Part shown: piece by piece, positions 1 through 9,397 of the stretch
Layout of the letters: each line of letters opens with the position of its first letter
Position numbering within the stretch: position 1 is the stretch's first letter
Source: Myxococcota bacterium
GTDB taxonomy: Bacteria; Myxococcota_A; Polyangia; Polyangiales; Sandaracinaceae
Reading direction: 5' to 3'
Assembly (NCBI GenBank): GCA_036149055.1
Contig: JAYZQJ010000097.1
Location: 1-64,000 of the forward strand
Length of the DNA stretch: 64,000 bases
Notes under the pieces: generated by a model
What the model saw: only the letters and a program-made list of their open reading frames with translations
The model's database searches: none
Told to the model about the DNA's origin: nothing
Position numbers and translations under genes: made by a program

Positions 1-141
1 GGCGGCGGCGGGCTGCGGGGGCGGGCGCGGCTGCGGGGGCGGGGGCGGCCCGTCTGGCCTAGCTATTCCTCCTCGCCTCCCACCTCTCCTCTCCCTGCAG
101 TGCGCGAAGCTTCGACAGCGACGCGCCGTCGAGAACGACAG

Positions 142-1797
<1,656 letters not shown>

Positions 1798-1803
1798 TCG
1801 CGG

Positions 1804-2361
1804 TCAGAACGTCGTGGGCGCTTCCGCCGAGGCGGGCCCCGGGTGGCAGCCGTTGCAGGTGAAGGTGGCGCCCATGCCCAGCATCGTCTGCATCGCCGGG
1901 GTCACCCGCTCCTCCATGAACTGCATGTCCTCGGGGTGCGCGTCGCGCATGATCTCGTAGGCCGGGCTCGAGGGCGGCGGCACGGGCGGGAGCGACGGGT
2001 TGGGCATCGCGAACTCTCGATCCCGCATGTCGTCGCCGTGGCAGGTCTCACAACCCACCTCGGGGAACTCGTCCGCGTCGTGCTGGCGGAAGAGCTCGGC
2101 GAAGATGGGCTGGAAGCGGCCGACCATGTCCCACTCCTTCTCCTCGTGGGACATCTCGGACCAGGGCCGCTCGGGCGGGTTGATGCCCAGCATCTCGATC
2201 GCGCTGCCGCGCATCTCGTGGCCCGGCTCCACCTCGTCGCCGCTCGTGTCGAAGGTCAGCTCGTCGTCGCCGAGGTCGTCCTCGCCGCCGCCCGCCGCGC
2301 CGCCTCCGCCGCCGCAGGCCATCAGTCCGAGGGAGAGCCACAGAAAGGCGTGCTTCGTCAT
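1804..2361 (-). CDS. Lipoprotein with two CxxCH haem-binding motifs (dihaem cytochrome c)
   Basis: Lipobox GLMAC; CETCH and CNGCH motifs; several Met residues as possible axial ligands. Confidence 0.75.
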   Translation of the reverse strand: MTKHAFLWLSLGLMACGGGGGAAGGGEDDLGDDELTFDTSGDEVEPGHEMRGSAIEMLGINPPERPWSEMSHEEKEWDMVGRFQPIFAELFRQHDADEFPEVGCETCHGDDMRDREFAMPNPSLPPVPPPSSPAYEIMRDAHPEDMQFMEERVTPAMQTMLGMGATFTCNGCHPGPASAEAPTTF

Positions 2362-2402
2362 GTCGGCCGAACCTTATCCCGGCGCGGCCGAGATCGAAAC
2401 GG

Positions 2403-3872
2403 TCACCGTCCGCCGGGCACCGGCACCGGGAGGGGAGACACGGGCGCGACCGACGGCTGCTCCGCGTCCGGCGTGGTCGGCATCATCGGCGCGCCCGGCG
2501 CGAGCGGCGGCGCCTCCTGGACCGGCTGGACCCTGGCGGGCTCCGGCTCGGCGGCCCGGGTGACGGCGACCACGACGGCCGCGCCGAGGGCGAGCATCAG
2601 CAGCCCCGCGAGGCCGAAGCCGGCGGCGAGCGCGACGAGCTTCGCGCGCCCGCCTTCGCGCGGGCCCGCCGGCGCGGCGCTCGAACGCGGGGGCGCCTCG
2701 CTCGGTCGCACGGACGGGCGCGTCGGCGCGGGCGCGCGGGTCGGCGGCGGCGCGGCGCGCGGCGCGGCGATCGCCTGGGCGGTGAAGGCGCGGGCGTGGC
2801 GCGGCTGGGGCCCAGGAGCGAGAGGCGCAGGTGCAGGGGCCGCAGGTGCGGGCGGCGCAGGTGCGGGCGGCGCGGGTGCGGGCGGCGCAGGTGCGGGCGG
2901 CGCAGGTGCGGGCGGCGCAGGTGCGGGCGGCGCGGGTGCGGGCGGCGCGGGTGCGGGCGGCGCAGGTGCAGGCGGCGCAGCATCGATCCGTGTGGGCGCC
3001 GGCGGAGGCGCCGAGTGGGCGGGCAGCGCGCGCCGGGCCCACCGCTGCAGGGCCCCGCGCATCGCCCCCGCGGTCGCGTGGCGGCGGTCCGGGCGCTTCT
3101 CCATCGCGCAGCCGAGGATCGCGGCGAGCTCGGCGTCCACGTCCGGGCGATGCGTCGCGAGCGGCGTCGGCTCGTGCTCCAGGATCGCGATCATTCGCTC
3201 GGCGGCCGAGGCGCCGTCGAAGGGCAGCCGCCCCGTCAACATCACGTACCCGATCACGCCGACCGCGAAGACGTCGGTCCGCGGGTCGACCCGACCGGCC
3301 TCGATCTGCTCGGGCGCCATGAAGCCGGGCGTGCCGAGCAGCTGCCCGGTCTGGGTGAGCTGCTCGCGGCGGTGCGCGTCGAGGAGGGCCGCCAGCCCGA
3401 AGTCGAGCAGGTGCACGAAGTCCGGGACGGCCGGCGTGGACGAGAGCATCACGTTCTGCGGCTTGAGATCGCGGTGCACCACGCCGCCCGCGTGCGCGGC
3501 GGAGAGGGCGTCGAGGATCTGGGTGAGGATGGCCTGCACCCGCGGCGCCGGCATCGGGGCGGCGGCGCGGATCACGTCGTGGAGGGTCTGGCCGCGGACG
3601 AGCTCCATGACGAGGAACGGCGCCTGGTCGCCGTCGTGGAAGTCGGTCACAGGGGCGATGTTGGGGTGCTGGATGCGCGCCGCCGTGCGGGCCTCGCGGC
3701 GGAACCGAGCGCGCATCGTCGCGTCGGCCGCGTAGCGCTGCTGGAGCGTCTTGACGCACACCCGGCGGCCGAGCCCCACGACCTCCGCCTCGTACACGGC
3801 GCCGATCCCGCCGACGCCGATGGGACGCACGACACGATACTTGCCGTCGAGCAGAACGCCGGGCTCGAGCAC
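2403..3872 (-). CDS. Ser/Thr protein kinase with (PPAPA)n linker and C-terminal TM segment
   Basis: GVGGIGAVY, VCVK, HRDLKPQN, DFG, GTPGFMAPE. Start taken as GTG at 3872 (VLEPGVLLDGKY). The longer ORF to 4775 runs through a terminator and is not credible. Confidence 0.9.
   Translation of the reverse strand: MLEPGVLLDGKYRVVRPIGVGGIGAVYEAEVVGLGRRVCVKTLQQRYAADATMRARFRREARTAARIQHPNIAPVTDFHDGDQAPFLVMELVRGQTLHDVIRAAAPMPAPRVQAILTQILDALSAAHAGGVVHRDLKPQNVMLSSTPAVPDFVHLLDFGLAALLDAHRREQLTQTGQLLGTPGFMAPEQIEAGRVDPRTDVFAVGVIGYVMLTGRLPFDGASAAERMIAILEHEPTPLATHRPDVDAELAAILGCAMEKRPDRRHATAGAMRGALQRWARRALPAHSAPPPAPTRIDAAPPAPAPPAPAPPAPAPPAPAPPAPAPPAPAPPAPAPPAPAPPAPAAPAPAPLAPGPQPRHARAFTAQAIAAPRAAPPPTRAPAPTRPSVRPSEAPPRSSAAPAGPREGGRAKLVALAAGFGLAGLLMLALGAAVVVAVTRAAEPEPARVQPVQEAPPLAPGAPMMPTTPDAEQPSVAPVSPLPVPVPGGR
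2826..2980. repeat. 15-bp coding minisatellite GC(A/G)GGTGCGGGCGGC, about 9 copies (PPAPA repeats)
   Basis: Tandem units visible directly in the sequence and in the protein. Confidence 0.9.
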
Positions 3873-3893
3873 CTCCCAGACGTAACACGACGG

Positions 3894-3933
3894 AAAAGAA
3901 AAGGGGCGATCCTCCGTCGAGGACCGCCCCTTT
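3894..3933 (-). terminator. Rho-independent terminator of the minus-strand non-coding transcript
   Basis: Minus strand: AAAGGGGCGGUCCUC-GACG-GAGGAUCGCCCCUUU followed by UCUUUU. The one non-Watson-Crick pair is G-U on the minus strand and A-C on the plus strand. Confidence 0.85.
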
Positions 3934-4932
3934 GAAGCTCGCTGGCGATCGGGATGATGTCTCACCGCCCCCCGGTCTCCCGGGACGCCCGCTCCGTACG
4001 ACGCGGGGCTCTCACCCGCGCCGCCGATGGCGGCCTCTCGCCGATGGTGCGAGGCCTCGCACCACCGACACGACCATCTCCTCGTGAGTCCCGCTCCGCT
4101 CCGAGCCCGAAGGCCCGTCTCGGCTGGCGGCGCGTCGAGCGATCCGAGGATCGCCCTCCGGCTTCGGCAGACTCCGCGCCAGCCCTCCGCGTCCGGCGCC
4201 GTCGTGGGGACGGCGTCGCGGCGCGACGGGCGGTCTCGACGGTCCCAAGAGACTTGTCTCGACCCGCTCTGCTGGGCGGTCACCCGCTGTCTGACATCTT
4301 CCGTCACGGCTCGGCGAGCGACGCTCGGTTCCCGCCGATGCCCCGCTCTCCCCGCACGACCGGCACGCATGCCGGCTGCCCGAAAGCCCCCGCCCGAAGG
4401 CCAGCGGCCTCCGGCCCACCCCCTCCTCTCGGAGGACGTGGTGGGGGACGGTCGTCTCGCGCGAACGCGAACGACCACCTCGCCGTCGAGGATCGCCGTC
4501 ATCGTCCCCCCGCCGCGCGAGCGGTGTGGAGGGCGAGAGTGGACGACCCCGATGTCTTTCGTCGTTCCGATCTCCGAGCCCGCTTGAAAGGCTCGCAGCG
4601 CGCGCCCCTCCTCTCGAAGGGACCCGCTCGGACCCGCGTTCACTCCCCGAGCGCATCTCTGCGCCCGAGCCGATCGTTCTCTCACGCGCGCGCTCCTGCG
4701 GTTACCCGCGGTGCGCACCCCCTCTCGAGGGCGGTCGCGTGCGATCGTCGCCGAGCTCCCTGCGCCGGCAATCACCCGGCGTCGAGGCTCGATGAGCTAG
4801 GTCGCCTCGCGCAGCGGAGAGCCATGCTCCCCACCCGCGGCCCGAGAGATTCGGGCGATGTCGAGGGCACGTGGGCGTGCCTCGAGGGCGACCGCGGTCC
4901 TATCGACCGACGTCTGCAACTCACGATTCGCT

Positions 4933-4944
4933 GTTTTCAAAGAT
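4933..4944 (-). promoter_or_regulatory. boxA-like Nus antitermination element ATCTTTGAAAAC
   Basis: Matches the TCTTTGAAAAC form of boxA found in many rRNA leaders and spacers; an AT-rich island inside a GC-rich structured region. Confidence 0.6.
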
Positions 4945-5998
4945 GGGCACCCCGTCTCATCCGTCTCGGCGCACGCCACGTCGCGTTCCCACCCGACGTG
5001 AGTCGTTCCGCTTGCACGTCGGAACGACGCTTCGGCGAGGCGGCCAGCTCTCCCGGGGCGTTGTCTTCCCCGGGCGCTCCTTCCGCCGTACCTCTGGCGC
5101 TCCGCTCCGCGCGGGCTTTCCGATGGATCCACCGCCGAAGCGGGGTCCACCGGCTCGGCCCACTGGCCTCCTCTCGGAGGTCACGGGTCGAACCCGTCGG
5201 CCTGGGTCTGCTCGGCCGAGCCTCATGCTCGGTCCCGGCTCCGTAGACCCGAAGCGCCTTTCATGCCTCGTCGCTCTTCGCGCGCGGCCGTTCGTCCCGA
5301 CCGCGCCCTAGCTGGATGGCTCCAGCGGGCGGCGAAGCATGTCTGCCGTGTCAACCGACCCTCGGGGCACTGAAGCGTGCCTTCAGCCTCCTCCCGCACC
5401 CGAACCCGCGTGAAGCGAGCCCGGATCGCGCATCTCGGAGACCGAGCTGCGCGGCCGACCCGCCCTCCGGAGAGGACGACCCGGCTCGGTCGGACGGCGC
5501 GCGCCTCCACCCTCCTCCCGGAGAGCTTCGGTGACGACCCGACCTCGCGATCGGCCCGTCGGCGCCGGCGGAGCGCGCGACCCGAGGTGGCCCGAAGACC
5601 TCCCCCGTCCGCTCTCGCTCCGACACCCTCGTCACCCGGCCGTGAGCACGGAGGGCTGGGCGGCCCTCTGCCTCTGCGGTCGGATCCAGACCTTCAGCAT
5701 CCACGAGAGATGCCTCCAGCCGGGTGCCTTCCACCCCCGACACGCGTTCCGCCGGAGCTTCCCGCGCGCCGCCTCGCGCCCCGCATCCGTCGCCGGATGT
5801 TTCGCGCGATTCGAAACGCCTTCGCCGCGAAATCGCGGCTACGTGACGACTCGAGGACCCGTGATGGGGCTCCCCTCGAGCACCACGCTCGCCCCCGGAC
5901 TCCTGGACCTTCGCAGGCCCCCTCCCCCGGGGCCGCAGCGCCTCGGTGGCTTCTGCGACCTGAAGGCCCGAACTCGTGTTCCGCGACCTTCGACTTGG

Positions 5999-6055
5999 AG
6001 AGTACTCGGCACGACGAGAGACGCAAGAAGAAAACGCGCATCAAACGACATTATT
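5999..6055 (-). promoter_or_regulatory. sigma70-type promoter TTGCGT-N16-TACTCT with AT-rich upstream (UP-like) sequence
   Basis: -35 at 6026-6021, -10 at 6004-5999; upstream AAAATAAT...TTTTCTTC; points into the structured region. Confidence 0.65.
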
Positions 6056-6240
6056 TTGTCCACAAGCCATCCACAGCGACGCGCACCGTCTCTCCACAGG
6101 GCTTTTCAGCCTATTCCCACAAGTTTTCCACAACCCCGAGGGAGACGCCCCGTTCGCGGACAGCGTGCAAACACGATACGATCCGCTTTGAATGACGCAG
6201 AAACAGCGCAACCTACATCGTTTGAAACATACGTTTGAAC
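6041..6240. other. DnaA-box cluster plus AT-rich segment: candidate replication origin (oriC)
   Basis: Co-oriented boxes TTGTCCACA 6056, CCATCCACA 6067, CTCTCCACA 6090, ATTCCCACA 6113, TTTTCCACA 6124; flanks about 40-45% GC; tandem ACAT(A)CGTTTGAA at 6215-6239. Confidence 0.6.
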
Positions 6241-6346
6241 CACCGACACAGCGCGACCGCAGGTGACCGGCATCCCACCGCTTTCGGAGACCCAGGTACC
6301 CCCGAGACCAGGCCGGCGGAGCCCCCGTTCGGGAGTCACCGCGGCG

Positions 6347-7630
6347 TCACTTCTGCGTCACGCGGCGCAGGATCCAGGCGACGAAGATCAGGCCGAGCGG
6401 CCAGCTCGGGGTCTCGCCGGCCCCGACCCCACAAGCGCAGCCTGGCGGGCCCGGAGGGCGGCACTCGGCGGGGATCTCCGCGTCGCGCGGCGCGCCGGTG
6501 CCCCCGTCGCCGAACCCGGGCGGCACGCTCGCGTCCTGACCGAGGTCGTAGGCCACGTCGGGCGCCCAGGCGGGGCACACGACGCCCGCGGTGCTGCATC
6601 GCGGGCAGGCCACGGGGTCGACGATCTCGGAGAGCGCGAGCGCCGGCTCGACCACGCCGTCCACGACGCGCGCCAGCCCGAAGCCCGCGACCGCTCGATC
6701 CGTGCAGGCCCAGAGCTCGCCTCCGAGGGCGGCGAGGCAGGTCACCGGCAGCGCGGGATCCAGCGCCTCGAAGGTGCCTCCGTCCTCGCTCCGGTAGAGC
6801 CCGCCGAGCCGGCTCCCCGCCAGGACCGCGCCTTCGGTGGCGACCACCCCGCCGATCTGCGGGAGCGCGAGCGGGCTGGTCCAGGTCTCGCCGCCGTCCT
6901 CGCTGCGCAGGAGCCGCTCGGGCGCGAGCTCACCCGCGAAGTGCAGCATCACCGCCCAGAGCGCGTCGGGGTCGACGGGATCGACCGCCTCGAGGAGGAG
7001 CAGGCGCTCCTCGGGCTCGAAGGGGACGGGGAAGCGCTCGAACGAGCGGCCGCCGTCGTCGCTGCGGAGCAGGAAGGTCTCCCGCTCGCGCCTGTCCCGC
7101 GCCGGGATGGCGCCGGAGGCGTAGAGCCGATCGGGCCTCGACGGCGCGACCCGCACCCGGTCCACGAGCACCTCGCCGAAGCCGCTCAGCACCTCCCACT
7201 GGCGGCCGCCGTCCCGCGAGCGCCAGAGCCGATCCTCGCGCGCGACGTCGCTGGCGACCGCGTAGTAGAGGTCGCCGGGGCCGCGCTGCACGTCGACCAC
7301 GAAGGCGTCCGCCAGCCTCGCCTCCGGGCGCTCCCAGCTGCAGCCGCCGTCGGGGCTTCGCCAGAGCCCGTCGAAGGTGCCGACGAGGAGGGCGCCGTCG
7401 GGCCCGGCGATCACGGCCGGATCCTCGGAGCGCGCGTCGACGCCGAACGCGGCCGCGCACAGCCAGCGCCAGTCGCCGCCGCCGCGCACCGCCAGGCCCC
7501 AGGTGGCCTGAGCGACCAGCGTCTCCGGCGCGTCGGGGTGCGCGTCGAGGCTCTGGAGCGCGGGCGGGCGACCATGCGCCAGCGCCGAGGCGGGCGCGAG
7601 CAGGGCGAGGACCACGACCGCAGCGCGCAC
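6347..7630 (-). CDS. Secreted BNR/Asp-box repeat (beta-propeller) protein with MYXO-CTERM-like anchor
   Basis: Signal peptide; repeated SxDGGxxW/F Asp-boxes; C-terminal GCACG, TM segment and basic tail. Confidence 0.8.
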   Translation of the reverse strand: MRAAVVVLALLAPASALAHGRPPALQSLDAHPDAPETLVAQATWGLAVRGGGDWRWLCAAAFGVDARSEDPAVIAGPDGALLVGTFDGLWRSPDGGCSWERPEARLADAFVVDVQRGPGDLYYAVASDVAREDRLWRSRDGGRQWEVLSGFGEVLVDRVRVAPSRPDRLYASGAIPARDRRERETFLLRSDDGGRSFERFPVPFEPEERLLLLEAVDPVDPDALWAVMLHFAGELAPERLLRSEDGGETWTSPLALPQIGGVVATEGAVLAGSRLGGLYRSEDGGTFEALDPALPVTCLAALGGELWACTDRAVAGFGLARVVDGVVEPALALSEIVDPVACPRCSTAGVVCPAWAPDVAYDLGQDASVPPGFGDGGTGAPRDAEIPAECRPPGPPGCACGVGAGETPSWPLGLIFVAWILRRVTQK

Positions 7631-7699
7631 CGCGAGGGTTTAGCATTTCTGCTACCGTTCGCGGCAGCGGCGCCCCGCCGCAGGAAGGAACCGAGTCCG

Positions 7700-8089
7700 A
7701 TGCGTCACGCTTCGTTCGCTTTCATCTCGCTCGTCCTCACGTTCGTCGCCCTCCCGGCCTTCGCCCAGGACGACGACGTCGCCTCCCGGGTCGACGCCAT
7801 CTGCTGTGGAGCCAACTGCTGCCTCATCGGCGGCAGCTGCTTCAGCAACGGCGACGTCAACCCCGACAACAGCTGTCAGACCTGCGACGTCAGCGGCTCT
7901 CAGACCGCCTGGACCGACATGGACGGCTGCACGCCGCCCGACTCCGGCGTCGTCACGCCCCCGGCCGACTCCGGCACCGGCGGCGGAGAGGGCGGCGGGG
8001 GCTGCAGCGCGTCCCCGGCCGGATCCGCGGGGCCGCTCGCGTTCCTCGGGCTGCTCGGCGCGCTATTCTTCGTCCGCCGTCGTCGCTGA
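7700..8089 (+). CDS. Small Cys-rich MYXO-CTERM surface protein
   Basis: Signal peptide ending PAFA-Q; Cys-rich core; GGGCSAS...[17 protein letters not shown]. Confidence 0.85.
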   Translation: MRHASFAFISLVLTFVALPAFAQDDDVASRVDAICCGANCCLIGGSCFSNGDVNPDNSCQTCDVSGSQTAWTDMDGCTPPDSGVVTPPADSGTGGGEGGGGCSASPAGSAGPLAFLGLLGALFFVRRRR

Positions 8090-8365
8090 GCGCTCTTCGT
8101 CGAGCTCTCGCTCGAGCTGGGCGAGCAGCGCGCGCAGTCGGCGCCGCTCGCCCTGCCAGCGCTCGAGCAGATCGAGCGCGACCTCGAGCCCGGCGAAGTT
8201 GACCCCGAGCTGGCTGAGCCCGCAGCACACGCGGAGCCGCTCGAGGGCGCGCGCGTCGTAGCCTCCCCGCGCGTCGGGCACGATGATCTCGTGACGCTCG
8301 AGCTCGAGCACCCAGCCCTCCTCGACGTCGAAGAGCTTCGCCAGCTCGACGCGGTCGATCCTCAC
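8063..8365 (-). CDS. cbpM: Chaperone modulator CbpM-like (MerR-like) protein
   Basis: 100 aa; GTGA overlap with the cbpA stop; [17 protein letters not shown] motif typical of CbpM. Confidence 0.75.
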   Translation of the reverse strand: MRIDRVELAKLFDVEEGWVLELERHEIIVPDARGGYDARALERLRVCCGLSQLGVNFAGLEVALDLLERWQGERRRLRALLAQLERELDEERSATTADEE

Positions 8366-9321
8366 GACGCCCTCCGGAGCAGCTCCTCTCGCGGGTCCCC
8401 GTCGTACAGCGCCTCGAGCTCGGCCGCGATCCGCGCCCGGGTGGCCTCGTCGCCGCCGCGCGGCGCCACCAGCTCGAGCTCGACGTAGAGATCGCCGGGC
8501 GCGCCTCGCCGCGGCGCGATGCCCTTGCCGCGGAGCCTCAGCCGCTGCCCGTTCTGGGCGCCCGCCGGCACGCTGAGCTTCACCGTGCCCTCGAGCGTCG
8601 GCACCTCCACCTTCGCGCCCCGCAGGGCCTCGGGCAGGGTGATCGGCAGCGTGAGGCGGAGGTCGTGGCCCTCCCGCTCGAACACCGGGTGGGGCTCCAC
8701 CTCGACGCGCACGTAGAGGTCGCCGGCCGCGCCGCCCTGCCCGCCCGGGTTGCCCTGCCCCGCGAGGCGCAGGCGCTGCCCGCTCTCCACCCCCGGGGGG
8801 ATGGTGACCGCGAGCCGGCTGACGTCCCCGCGCCCCCGCGGGAGCTCGACGTGCGCGGTGGTGCCGCGCGCCGCGTCGAGGAAGCTCACCCGCAGCGACG
8901 CCTCGACGTCGGAGCCGCGTCGGGGCCCGCCGCGCTGGCGCCGGAAGAGGTCCCCGATCAGGTCCTCGAGGTCGACGTCCCCGCCGAAGCCGCCCACGTC
9001 GAAGCCGCCGGGGAAGCCGCCGTATCCGGCCCCCTGCGCGGCGTCCATGCGCCGCTTCCACTGACGGTACTCCTCCGCCTTCTCGGGGTCGTAGCCGATC
9101 TTGGCCGCGTCGGGCCCGAGCTCGTCGTAGAGCTTCCGCTTCTCGGCGTTGCTCAGCACCTCGTAGGCGGCGCTGACCCGCTTGAAGCGCTCCTCGGCCG
9201 CCGGGTCGTCGGGGTTGAGGTCGGGGTGGTGCTTGCGGGCGAGCTTGCGGTACGCCTTGCGGATGTCGTCGTGGCTGGCGCCCCGGGCTACCCCGAGCAC
9301 GTCGTAGAGGTCGTCGGTCAT
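8362..9321 (-). CDS. cbpA: DnaJ-class co-chaperone / curved DNA-binding protein CbpA
   Basis: J-domain with HPD, G/F-rich linker, DnaJ C-terminal domain, no Zn finger; followed by cbpM. Confidence 0.88.
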   Translation of the reverse strand: MTDDLYDVLGVARGASHDDIRKAYRKLARKHHPDLNPDDPAAEERFKRVSAAYEVLSNAEKRKLYDELGPDAAKIGYDPEKAEEYRQWKRRMDAAQGAGYGGFPGGFDVGGFGGDVDLEDLIGDLFRRQRGGPRRGSDVEASLRVSFLDAARGTTAHVELPRGRGDVSRLAVTIPPGVESGQRLRLAGQGNPGGQGGAAGDLYVRVEVEPHPVFEREGHDLRLTLPITLPEALRGAKVEVPTLEGTVKLSVPAGAQNGQRLRLRGKGIAPRRGAPGDLYVELELVAPRGGDEATRARIAAELEALYDGDPREELLRRAS

Positions 9322-9397
9322 GGCGTTGGCGGGCCGGGGCACCTGGCCCCAGCGGTTCCAACGTAAGCCCGCCCCCTCCCGCGTAAAGGACCCCGCC

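Larger units (their letters stand above)
3894..5993 (-). ncRNA. Candidate large (about 2.1 kb) highly structured non-coding RNA of unrecognised class
   Basis: No credible CDS; bounded by promoter and terminator; more than 15 hairpins, many with GAGA/GUAA/UUCG tetraloops and G-U pairs specific to the minus strand; internal boxA. Confidence 0.7.

Noticed and set aside
1..141. G-rich low-complexity start of the window
   Set aside because: Too short and truncated to assign as a gene end or repeat family.
3873..4775. N-terminal extension of the kinase ORF (2403..4775) and other ORFs across 3.9-6.3 kb
   Set aside because: Arg/Pro/Ser-rich translations with no domains and no third-position bias. 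The extension crosses an intrinsic terminator. Stop-poor GC-rich DNA readily yields such ORFs.
3894..5993. Identity as rRNA, tmRNA, RNase P, SRP, tRNA or group II intron
   Set aside because: No 16S/23S landmark motifs, no tRNA-like CCA end, no GAGGAAAGUCC...ACAGAA.CCGGCUUA RNase P pair, no convincing domain V, and no RT or endonuclease ORF. Only an Rfam search can fully exclude known classes.
6215..6240. parS site
   Set aside because: GTTTGAAAC only partly resembles the TGTTTCACGTGAAACA palindrome; better explained as tandem AT-rich direct repeats.
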